Assembly (NCBI RefSeq): GCF_009914755.1
Contig: NC_060929.1
DNA length: 64,000 nt
Strand: one strand, 5' to 3'
From: the human T2T-CHM13v2.0 reference genome, Homo sapiens
This document shows, piece by piece, positions 52,990 through 64,000 of the stretch. The notes beneath the pieces are model-generated. The model did not search any database. It was given only the letters and a program-made list of their open reading frames with translations, and was not told where the DNA came from. Position 1 is the first letter of the stretch, and the number at the start of each line of letters is the position of its first letter. Position numbers and translations under genes: made by a program.

Positions 52990-55707
52990 GTGCAATTGGC
53001 AAGTGGAGATTTCAAGCGCTTTAAGGTCAATGGCAGAAAAGGAAATATCTTCGTTTCAAAACTAGGCAGAATCATTCCCACAAACTGCGTTGTGATGTGT
53101 TCGTTCATCTCACAGAGTTTAACCTTTCTTTTCGTAGAGCAGTTAGGAAACACTCTGTTTGTAAATTCTGTAAGTGGATATTCTGACATCTTGTGGCCTT
53201 CGTTGGAAACGGGATTTCTTCATATTCTGCTAGACAGAAGAATTCTCAGAATCTTCCTTGTGTTGTGTGTATTCAACTCACAGAGTTGAACGATGGTTTA
53301 CACAGAGCAGATTTGAAACACTCTTTTTGTGGAATTTGCAAGTGGAGATTTCAGCCGCTTTGAGGTCAATGGTAGAAAAGGAAATATCTTCGTATAAAAA
53401 CTAGACAGAATGATTCTCAGAAACTTCTTTGTGATGTGTGCGTTCAACTCACAGAGTTTAACCTTTCTTTTCATAGAGCAGTTAGGAAACACTCTGTTTG
53501 TAAACTCTGCAAGTGGATATTCAGACCTCTTCGAGGCCTTCGTTGGAAACGGGATTTCTTCATACTGTGCTAGACAGAAGAATTCTCAGTAACTTCCTTG
53601 TGTTGTGTGTATTCAACTCACAGAGTTGAACGATCCTTTACACAGAGCAGACTTGGAACACTCTTTTTGTGGAATTTGCAAGTGGAGATTTCAGCCGCTT
53701 TGAAGTCAAAGGTAGAAAAGGAAATATCTTCCTATAAAAACTAGACAGAATGATTCTCAGAAACTCCTTTGTGATGTGTGCGTTCAACTCACAGAGTTTA
53801 ACCTTTCTTTTCATAGAGGAGTTAGGAAACACTCTGTTTGTAAAGTCTGCAAGTGGATATTCAGACCTCTTTGAGGCCTTCGTTGGAAACGGGTTTTTTT
53901 CATATAAGGCTAGACAGAAGAATTCCCAGTAACTTCCTTGTGTTGTGTGTGTTCAACTCACAGAGTTGAACTTTCATTTACACAGAGCAGATTTGAAACA
54001 CTCTTTTTGTGGAATTTGCAAGTGGAGATTTCAAGCGCTTTGAGGCCAAAGGCAGAAAAGGAAATATCTTCGTATAAAAACTAGACAGAATCATTCTCAG
54101 AAACTGCTCTGTGATGTGTGCGTTCAACTCTCAGAGTTTAACTTTTCTTTTCATTCAGCAGTTTGGAAACACTCTGTTTGTAAAGTCTGCACGTGGATAA
54201 TTTGACCACTTAGAGGCCTTCGTTGGAAACGGGTTTTTTTCATGTAAGGCTAGACAGAAGAGTTCTCAGTAACTTCCTTGTGTTGTGTGTATTCAACTCA
54301 CAGAGTTGAACGATCCTTTACACAGAGCAGACTTGTAACACTCTTTTTGTGGAATTTGCAAGTGGAGATTTCAGCCGCTTTGAAGTCAAAGTAGAAAAGG
54401 AAATATCTTCCTATAAAAACTAGACAGAATGATTCTCAGAAACTCCTTTGTGATGTGTGCGTTCAACTCACAGAGTTTAACCTTTCTTTTCATAGAGCAG
54501 TTAGGAAACACTCTGTTTGTAAAGTCTGCAAGTGGATATTCAGACCTCTTTGAGGCCTTCGTTGGAAACGGGTTTTTTTCATATAAGGCTAGACAGAAGA
54601 ATTCCCAGTAACTTCCTTGTGTTGTGTGTGTTCAACTCACAGAGTTGAACTTTCATTTACACAGAGCAGATTTGAAACACTCTTTTTGTGGAATTTGCAG
54701 GTGGAGATTTCAAGCGCTTTGAGGCCAAAGGCAGAAAAGGAAATATCTTCGTATAAAAACTAGACAGAATCATTCTCAGAAACTGCTCTGCGATGTGTGC
54801 GTTCAACTCTCAGAGTTTAACTTTTCTTTTCATTCAGCAGTTTGGAAACACTCTGTTTGTAAAGTCTGCACGTGGATAATTTGACCACTTAGAGGCCTTC
54901 GTTGGAAACGGGTTTTTTTCATGTAAGGCTAGACAGAAGAATTCTCAGTAACTTCCTTGTGTTGTGTGTATTCAACTCACAGAGTTGAACGATCCTTTAC
55001 ACAGAGCAGACTTGTAACACTCTTTTTGTGGAATTTGCAAGTGGAGATTTCAGCCGCTTTGAAGTCAAAGGTAGAAAAGGAAATATCTTCCTATAAAAAC
55101 TAGACAGAATGATTCTCAGAAACTCCTTTGTGATGTGTGCGTTCAACTCACAGAGTTTAACCTTTCTTTTCATAGAGCAGTTAGGAAACACTCTGCTTGT
55201 AAAGTCTGCAAGTGGATATTCAGCCCTCTTTGAGGCCTTCGTTGGAAACGGGTTTTTTTCATATAAGGCTAGACAGAAGAATTCCCAGTAACTTCCTTGT
55301 GTTGTGTGTGTTCAACTCACAGAGTTGAACTTTGATTTACACAGAGCAGATTTGAAACACTCTTTTTGTGGAATTTGCAAGTGGAGATTTCAAGCGCTTT
55401 GAGGCCAAAGGCAGAAAAGGAAATATCTTCGTATAAAAACTAGACAGAATCATTCTCAGAAACTGCTCTGCGATGTGTGCGTTCAACTCTCAGAGTTTAA
55501 CTTTTCTTTTCATTCAGCAGTTTGGAAACACTCTGTTTGTAAAGTCTGCACGTGGATATTTTGACCACTTAGAGGCCTTCGTTGGAAACGGGTTTTTTTC
55601 CTGTAAGGCTAGAGAGAAGAATTCCCAGTAACTTCCTTGTGTTGTGTACATTCAACTCACAGAGTTGAACGTTCCCTTAGACAGAGCAGATTTGAAACAC
55701 TCTTTTT
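52990..55707 (+). repeat. HOR unit 18, 16-mer (lacks A1-B1)
   Basis: X-marker spacing 2718 bp; no CCGCGTTGAGG dimer after Y. Confidence 0.9.
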
Positions 55708-58427
55708 GTGCAATTGGCAAGTGGAGATTTCAAGCGCTTTAAGGTCAATGGCAGAAAAGGAAATATCTTCGTTTCAAAACTAGGCAGAATCATTCCCACA
55801 AACTGCGTTGTGATGTGTTCGTTCATCTCACAGAGTTTAACCTTTCTTTTCATAGAGCAGTTAGGAAACACTCTGTTTGTAAATTCTGTAAGTGGATATT
55901 CTGACATCTTGTGGCCTTCGTTGGAAACGGGATTTCTTCATATTCTGCTAGACAGAAGAATTCTCAGAATCTTCCTTGTGTTGTGTGTATTCAACTCACA
56001 GAGTTGAACGATGGTTTACACAGAGCAGATTTGAAACACTCTTTTTGTGGAATTTGCAAGTGGAGATTTCAGCCGCTTTGAGGTCAATGGTAGAAAAGGA
56101 AATATCTTCGTATAAAAACTAGACAGAATGATTCTCAGAAACTTCTTTGTGATGTGTGCGTTCAACTCACAGAGTTTAACCTTTCTTTTCATAGAGCAGT
56201 TAGGAAACACTCTGTTTGTAAACTCTGCAAGTGGATATTCAGACCTCTTCGAGGCCTTCGTTGGAAACGGGATTTCTTCATACTGTGCTAGACAGAAGAA
56301 TTCTCAGTAACTTCCTTGTGTTGTGTGTATTCAACTCACAGAGTTGAACGATCCTTTACACAGAGCAGACTTGGAACACTCTTTTTGTGGAATTTGCAAG
56401 TGGAGATTTCAGCCGCGTTGAGGTCAATGGTAGAAAAGGAAATATCTTCCTATAAAAACTAGACAGAATGATTCTCAGAAACTCCTTTGTGATGTGTGCG
56501 TTCAACTCACAGAGTTTAACCTTTCTTTTCATAGAGCAGTTAGGAAACACTCTGTTTGTAAAGTCTGCAAGTGGATATTCAGACCTCTTTGAGGCCTTCG
56601 TTGGAAACGGGTTTTTTTCATATAACGCTAGACAGAAGAATTCCCAGTAACTTCCTTGTGTTGTGTGTGTTCAACTCACAGAGTTGAACTTTCATTTACA
56701 CAGAGCAGATTTGAAACACTCTTTTTGTGGAATTTGCAAGTGGAGATTTCAAGCGCTTTGAGGCCAAAGGCAGAAAAGGAAATATCTTCGTATAAAAAGC
56801 TAGACAGAATCATTCTCAGAAACTGCTCTGTGATGTGTGCGTTCAACTCTCAGAGTTTAACTTTTCTTTTCATTCAGCAGTTTGGAAACACTCTGTTTGT
56901 AAAGTCTGCACGTGGATAATTTGACCACTTAGAGGCCTTCGTTGGAAACGGGTTTTTTTCATGTAAGGCTAGACAGAAGAGTTCTCAGTAACTTCCTTGT
57001 GTTGTGTGTATTCAACTCACACAGTTGAACGATCCTTTACAGAGAGCAGACTTGTAACACTCTTTTTGTGGAATTTGCAAGTGGAGATTTCAGCCGCTTT
57101 GAAGTCAAAGGTAGAAAAGGAAATATCTTCGTATAAAAACTAGACAGAATGATTCTGAGAAACTCCTTTGTGATGTGTGCGTTCAACTCACAGAGTTTAA
57201 CCTTTCTTTTCATAGAGCAGTTAGGAAACACTCTGTTTGTAAAGTCTGCAAGTGGATATTCAGACCTCTTTGAGGCCTTCGTTGGAAACGGGTTTTTTTC
57301 ATATAAGGCGAGACAGAAGAATTCCCAGTAACTTCCTTGTGTTGTGTGTGTTCAACTCACAGAGTTGAACTTTCATTTACACAGAGCAGATTTGAAACAC
57401 TCTTTTTGTGGAATTTGCAGGTGGAGATTTCAAGCGCTTTGAGGCCAAAGGCAGAAAAGGAAATATCTTCGTATAAAAACTAGACAGAATCATTCTCAGA
57501 AACTGCTCTGCGATGTGTGCGTTCAACTCTCAGAGTTTAACTTTTCTTTTCATTCAGCAGTTTGGAAACACTCTGTTTGTAAAGTCTGCACGTGGATAAT
57601 TTGACCACTTAGAGGCCTTCGTTGGAAACGGGTTTTTTTCATGTAAGGCTAGACAGAAGAATTCTCAGTAACTTCCTTGTGTTGTGTGTATTCAACTCAC
57701 AGAGTTGAACGATCCTTTACACAGAGCAGACTTGTAACACTCTTTTTGTGGAATTTGCAAGTGGAGATTTCAGCCGCTTTGAAGTCAAAGGTAGAAAAGG
57801 AAATATATTCCTATAAAAACTAGACAGAATGATTCTCAGAAACTCCTTTGTGATGTGTGCGTTCAACTCACAGAGTTTAACCTTTCTTTTCATAGAGCAG
57901 TTAGGAAACACTCTGCTTGTAAAGTCTGCAAGTGGATATTCAGCCCTCTTTGAGGCCTTCGTTGGAAACGGGTTTTTTTCATATAAGGCTAGACAGAAGA
58001 ATTCCCAGTAACTTCCTTGTGTTGTGTGTGTTCAACTCACAAAGTTGAACTTTGATTTACACAGAGCAGATTTGAAACACTCTTTTTGTGGAATTTGCAA
58101 GTGGAGATTTCAAGCGCTTTGAGGCCAAAGGCAGAAAAGGAAATATCTTCGTATAAAAACTAGACAGAATCATTCTCAGAAACTGCTCTGCGATGTGTGC
58201 GTTCAACTCTCAGAGTTTAACTTTTCTTTTCATTCAGCAGTTTGGAAACACTCTGTTTGTAAAGTCTGCACGTGGATATTTTGACCACTTAGAGGCCTTC
58301 GTTGGAAACGGGTTTTTTTCCTGTAAGGCTAGACAGAAGAATTCCCAGTAACTTCCTTGTGTTGTGTACATTCAACTCACAGAGTTGAACGTTCCCTTAG
58401 ACAGAGCAGATTTGAAACACTCTTTTT
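55708..58427 (+). repeat. HOR unit 19, 16-mer with many private variants
   Basis: X-marker spacing 2720 bp (+1 G at 56799; no AAAGTAG deletion). Confidence 0.9.
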
Positions 58428-60465
58428 GTGCAATTGGCAAGTGGAGATTTCAAGCGCTTTAAGGTCAATGGCAGAAAAGGAAATATCTTCGTTTCAAAAC
58501 TAGACAGAATCATTCCCACAAACTGCGCTGTGATGTGTTCGTTCATCTCACAGAGTTTAACCTTTCTTTTCATAGAGCAGTTAGGAAACACTCTGTTTGT
58601 AAATTCTGTAAGTGGATATTCTGACATCTTGTGGCCTTCGTTGGAAACGGGATTTCTTCATATTCTGCTAGACAGAAGAATTCTCAGAATCTTCCTTGTG
58701 TTGTGTGTATTCAACTCACACAGTTGAACGATGGTTTACACAGAGCAGATTTGAAACACTCTTTTTGTGGAATTTGCAAGTGGAGATTTCAGCCGCTTTG
58801 AGGTCAATGGTAGAAAAGGAAATATCTTCGTATAAAAACTAGACAGAATGATTCTCAGAAACTTCTTTGTGATGTGTGCGTTCAACTCACAGAGTTTAAC
58901 CTTTCTTTTCATAGAGCAGTTAGGAAACACTCTGTTTGTAAACTCTGCAAGTGGATATTCAGACCTCTTTGAGGCCTTCGTTGGAAACGGGATTTCTTCA
59001 TACTGTGCTAGACAGAAGAATTCTCAGTAACTTCCTTGTGTTGTGTGTATTCAACTCACAGAGTTGAACGATCCTTTACACAGAGCAGACTTGAAACACT
59101 CTTTTTGTGGAATTTGCAAGTGGAGATTTCAGCCGCGTTGAGGTCAATGGTAGAAAAGGAAATATCTTCGTATAAAAACTAGACAGAATGATTCTCAGAA
59201 ACTCCTTTGAGATGTGTGTGTTCAACTCACAGAGTTTAACCTTTCTTTTCATAGAGCAGTTAGGAATCACTCTGTTTGTAAAGTCTGCAAGTGGATATTC
59301 AGACCTCTTTGAGGCCTTCGTTGGAAACGGGTTTTTTTCATATAAGGCTAGACAGAAGAATTCCCAGTAACTTCCTTGTGTTGTGTGTGTTCAACTCACA
59401 GAGTTGAACTTTCATTTACACAGAGCAGATTTGAAACACTCTTTTTGTGGAATTTGCAAATGGAGATTTCAAGCGCTTTGAGGCCAAAGGCAGAAAAGGA
59501 AGTATCTTCGTATAAAAACTAGACAGAATCATTCTCAGAAACTGCTCTGCGATGTGTGCGTTCAACTCTCAGAGTTTAACTTTGCTTTTCATTCAGCAGT
59601 TTGGAAACACTCTGTTTGTAAAGTCTGCACGTGGATAATTTGACCACTTAGAGGCCTTCGTTGGAAACGGGTTTTTTTCATGTAAGGCTAGACAGAAGAA
59701 TTCTCAGTAACTTCCTTGTGTTGTGTGTATTCAACTCACAGAGTTGAACGATCCTTTACACAGAGCAGACTTGTAACACTCTTTTTGTGGAATTTGCAAG
59801 TGGAGATTTCAGCCGCTTTGAAGTCAAAGTAGAAAAGGAAATTTCTTCCTATAAAAACTAGACAGAATGATTCTCAGAAACTCCTTTGTGATGTGTGCGT
59901 TCAACTCACAGAGTTTAACCTTTCTTTTCATAGAGCAGTTAGGAAACACTCTGTTTGTAAAGTCTGCAAGTGGATATTCAGACCTCTTTGAGGCCTTCGT
60001 TGGAAACGGGTTTTTTTCATATAAGGCTAGACAGAAGAATTCCCAGTAACTTCCTTGTGTTGTGTGTGTTCAACTCACAGAGTTGAACTTTCATTTACAC
60101 AGAGCAGATTTGAAACACTCTTTTTGTGGAATTTGCAGGTGGAGATTTCAAGCGCTTTGAGGCCAAAGGCAGAAAAGGAAATATCTTCGTATAAAAACTA
60201 GACAGAATCATTCTCAGAAACTGCTCTGCGATGTGTGCGTTCAACTCTCAGAGTTTAACTTTTCTTTTCATTCAGCAGTTTGGAAACACTCTGTTTGTAA
60301 AGTCTGCACGTGGATATTTTGACCACTTAGAGGCCTTCGTTGGAGACGGGTTTTTTTCCTGTAAGGCTAGACAGAAGAATTCCCAGTAACTTCCTTGTGT
60401 TGTGTACATTCAACTCACAGAGTTGAACGTTCCCTTAGACAGAGCAGATTTGAAACACACTTTTT
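58428..60465 (+). repeat. HOR unit 20, 12-mer (sister of unit 15)
   Basis: X-marker spacing 2038 bp; same dimer order and CTGCGCTGTG variant as unit 15. Confidence 0.9.
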
Positions 60466-63183
60466 GTGCAATTGGCAAGTGGAGATTTCAAGCGCTTTAA
60501 GGTCAATGGCAGAAAAGCAAATATCTTCGTTTCAAAACTAGACAGAATCATTCCCACAAACTGCGTTGTGATGTGTTCGTTCATCTCACAGAGTTTAACC
60601 TTTCTTTTCATAGAGCAGTTAGGAAACACTCTGTTTGTAAATTCTGTAAGTGGATATTCTGACATCTTGTGGCCTTCGTTGGAAACGGGATTTCTTCATA
60701 TTCTGCTAGACAGAAGAATTCTCAGAATCTTCCTTGTGTTGTGTGTATTCAACTCACACAGTTGAACGATGGTTTACACAGAGCAGATTTGAAACACTCT
60801 TTTTGTGGAATTTGCAAGTGGAGATTTCAGCCGCTTTGAGGTCAATGGTAGAAAAGGAAATATCTTCGTATAAAAACTAGACAGAATGATTCTCAGAAAC
60901 TTCTTTGTGATGTGTGCGTTCAACTCACAGAGTTTAACCTTTCTTTTCATAGAGCAGTTAGGAAACACTCTGTTTGTAAACTCTGCAAGTGGATATTCAG
61001 ACCTCTTTGAGGCCTTCGTTGGAAACGGGATTTCTTCATACTGTGCTAGACAGAAGAATTCTCAGTAACTTCCTTGTGTTGTGTGTATTCAACTCACAGA
61101 GTTGAACGATCCTTTACACAGAGCAGACTTGAAACACTCTTTTTGTGGAATTTGCAAGTGGAGATTTCAGCCGCGTTGAGGTCAATGGTAGAAAAGGAAA
61201 TATCTTCGTATAAAAACTAGACAGAATGATTCTCAGAAACTCCTTTGAGATGTGTGTGTTCAACTCACAGAGTTTAACCTTTCTTTTCATAGAGCAGTTA
61301 GGAATCACTCTGTTTGTAAAGTCTGCAAGTGGATATTCAGCCCTCTTTGAGGCCTTCGTTGGAAACGGGTTTTTTTCATATAAGGCTAGACAGAAGAATT
61401 CCCAGTAACTTCCTTGTGTTGTGTGTGTTCAACTCACAGAGTTGAACTTTCATTTACACAGAGCAGATTTGAAACACTCTTTTTGTGGAATTTGCAATTG
61501 GAGATTTCAAGCGCTTTGAGGCCAAAGGCAGAAAAGGAAATATCTTCGTATAAAAACTAGACAGAATCATTCTCAGAAACTGCTCTGTGATGTGTGCGTT
61601 CAACTCTCAGAGTTTAACTTTTCTTTTCATTCAGCAGTTTGGAAACACTCTGTTTGTAAAGTCTGCACGTGGATAATTTGACCACTTAGAGGCCTTCGTT
61701 GGAAACGGGTTTTTTTCATGTAAGGCTAGACAGAAGAGTTCTCAGTAACTTCCTTGTGTTGTGTGTATTCAACTCACACAGTTGAACGATCCTTTACAGA
61801 GAGCAGACTTGTAACACTCTTTTTGTGGAATTTGCAAGTGGAGATTTCAGCCGCTTTGAAGTCAAAGTAGAAAAGGAAATATCTGCCTATAAAAACTAGA
61901 CAGAATGATTCTCAGAAACTCCTTTGTGATGTGTGCGTTCAACTCACAGAGTTTAACCTTTCTTTTCATAGAGCAGTTAGGAAACACTCTGTTTGTAAAG
62001 TCTGCAAGTGGATATTCAGACCTCTTTGAGGCCTTCGTTGGAAACGGGTTTTTTTCATATAAGGCTAGACAGAAGAATTCCCAGTAACTTCCTTGTGTTG
62101 TGTGTGTTCAACTCACAGAGTTGAACTTTCATTTACACAGAGCAGATTTGAAACACTCTTTTTGTGGAATTTGCAGGTGGAGATTTCAAGCGCTTTGAGG
62201 CCAAAGGCAGAAAAGGAAATATCTTCGTATAAAAACTAGACAGAATCATTCTCAGAAACTGCTCTGCGATGTGTGCGTTCAACTCTCAGAGTTTAACTTT
62301 TCTTTTCATTCAGCAGTTTGGAAACACTCTGTTTGTAAAGTCTTCACGTGGATAATTTGACCACTTAGAGGCCTTCGTTGGAAACGGGTTTTTTTCATGT
62401 AAGGCTAGACAGAAGAATTCTCAGTAACTTCCTTGTGTTGTGTGTATTCAACTCACAGAGTTGAACGATCCTTTACACAGAGCAGACTTGTAACACTCTT
62501 TTTGTGGAATTTGCAAGTGGAGATTTCAGCCGCTTTGAAGTCAAAGGTAGAAAAGGAAATATCTTCCTATAAAAACTAGACAGAATGATTCTCAGAAACT
62601 CCTTTGTGATGTGTGCGTTCAACTCACAGAGTTTAACCTTTCTTTTCATAGAGCAGTTAGGAAACACTCTGCTTGTAAAGTCTGCAAGTGGATATTCAGC
62701 CCTCTTTGAGGCCTTCGTTGGAAACGGGTTTTTTTCATATAAGGCTAGACAGAAGAATTCCCAGTAACTTCCTTGTGTTGTGTGTGTTCAACTCACAGAG
62801 TTGAACTTTGATTTACACAGAGCAGATTTGAAACACTCTTTTTGTGGAATTTGCAAGTGGAGATTTCAAGCGCTTTGAGGCCAAAGGCAGAAAAGGAAAT
62901 ATCTTCGTATAAAAACTAGACAGAATCATTCTCAGAAACTGCTCTGCGATGTGTGCGTTCAACTCTCAGAGTTTAACTTTTCTTTTCATTCAGCAGTTTG
63001 GAAACACTCTGTTTGTAAAGTCTGCACGTGGATATTTTGACCACTTAGAGGCCTTCGTTGGAAACGGGTTTTTTTCCTGTAAGGCTAGACAGAAGAATTC
63101 CCAGTAACTTCCTTGTGTTGTGTACATTCAACTCACAGAGTTGAACGTTCCCTTAGACAGAGCAGATTTGAAACACTCTTTTT
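60466..63183 (+). repeat. HOR unit 21, 16-mer (unit 16 minus one tetramer)
   Basis: X-marker spacing 2718 bp; shares GAAAAGCAAA and AAACACACT variants with unit 16. Confidence 0.9.
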
Positions 63184-64000
63184 GTGCAATTGGCAAGTGG
63201 AGATTTCAAGCACTTTGAGGTCAATGGCAGAAAAGGAAATATCTTCGTTTCAAAACTAGACAGAATCATTCCCACAAACTGCGTTGTGATGTGTTCGTTC
63301 ATCTCACAGAGTTTAACCTTTCTTTTCATAGAGCAGTTAGGAAACAGTCTGTTTGAAAATTCTGTAAGGGGATATTCTGACATCTTGTGGCCTTCGTTGG
63401 AAACGGGATTTCTTCATATTCTGCTAGACAGAAGAATTCTCAGAATCTTCCTTGTGTTGTGTGTATTCAACTCACAGAGTTGAACGATAGTTTACACAGA
63501 GCAGATTTGAAACACTCATTTGGTGGAATTTGCAAGTGGAGATTTCAGCCGCTTTGAGGTCAATGGTAGAAAAGGAAATATCTTCGTATAACAACTAGAC
63601 AGAATGATTCTCAGAAACTTCTTTGTGATGTGTGTGTTCAACTCACAGTGTTTAACCTTTCTTTTCATAGAGCAGTTAGGAAACACTGTGTTTTTAAACT
63701 CTGCAAGTGGATATTCAGACCTCTTTGAGGCCTTCGTTGGAAACGGGTTTCTTCATACTGTGCTAGACAGAAGAATTCTCAGTAACTTCCTTGTGTTGTG
63801 TGTATTCAACTCACAGAGTTGAACGATCCTTTACACAGAGCAGACTTGAAACACTCTTTTTGTGGAATTTGCAAGTGGAGATTTCAGCCGCGTTGAGGTC
63901 AATGGTAGAAAAGGAAATATCTTCGTATAAAAACTAGACAGAATGATTCTCAGAAACTCCTTTGTGATGTGTGTGTTCAACTCACAGAGTTTAACATTTC
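63184..64000 (+). repeat. HOR unit 22, partial (X-Y-start of A1)
   Basis: Runs off the window end; shares GTAAGGGG and CGATAGTT variants with unit 17. Confidence 0.9.

Larger units (their letters stand above)
1..64000 (+). repeat. Centromeric alpha-satellite HOR array, SF1 (J1/J2 dimeric), D1Z7/D5Z2/D19Z3-like (S1C1/5/19H1L family)
   Basis: Continuous ~170-bp monomers with 340-bp dimer periodicity: 372 monomers over the 63,187 bp between the first and last X marker. CENP-B box CTTCGTTGGAAACGGG(A/T) in every second monomer and GAATTC about every 340 bp. Motifs such as CATTCCCACAAACTGCGTTGTGATGTGTTCG and GTACATTCAAC...CGTTCCCTTAGAC match my recollection of the chr1/5/19 family. Alpha satellite is certain; the family call is from memory and the chromosome cannot be assigned. 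Confidence 0.98.

Noticed and set aside
3-63822. Many 60-99 aa ORFs on both strands (MILRNSF..., MFPNCSMK..., MQLASGDF...)
   Set aside because: They recur with the 340-bp period, many lack ATG starts, they are freely broken by 1-bp indels, and they resemble no protein family I recognise. They are chance reading frames of satellite DNA and were used only as positional markers.
1-64000. CRISPR-like regularly spaced motif with a short palindrome
   Set aside because: The intervening sequences are near-identical repeats rather than unique spacers, there are no cas genes, and the sequence is alpha satellite.
1-64000. Transposon insertion (L1/Alu), inversion or non-alpha island
   Set aside because: No poly-A tail, target-site duplication or foreign sequence was seen. 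CENP-B boxes and marker ORFs keep the same strand and phase throughout.
1-64000. Assignment to a specific chromosome (1, 5 or 19) or to the CENP-A-bound core
   Set aside because: The family is shared by three chromosomes, so assignment needs alignment. Kinetochore position is epigenetic and not visible in sequence.

Overview
The whole 64 kb window is primate (human-type) centromeric alpha-satellite DNA. It is a single-orientation, uninterrupted tandem array of ~170-bp monomers in ~340-bp dimers (suprachromosomal family 1, J1/J2 type), with a CENP-B box and usually an EcoRI site once per dimer. From recall rather than alignment, the monomers match the D1Z7/D5Z2/D19Z3 (S1C1/5/19H1L) family. I see no genes, RNA genes, transposons, inversions or CRISPR arrays, and all listed ORFs are repeat artefacts. 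I found no new protein-coding system; the interest lies in the array architecture. Higher-order repeats (HORs) follow X-Y-(A-B)n, where X, Y, A and B are ~340-bp dimers, and vary in 4-monomer (680-bp) steps. The series is 24,12,16,20,20,12,16,16,20,28,20,20,20,16,12,20,20,16,16,12,16 monomers plus a partial unit. A 20-mer whose four A-B tetramers each carry diagnostic variants appears to be the local parent, and the shorter units look like independent deletion derivatives. The window also contains mappable recombination junctions, short gene-conversion tracts, multi-HOR block duplications, two interleaved X-Y haplotypes and a few broken CENP-B boxes. Variant lists come from reading by eye and may be incomplete.
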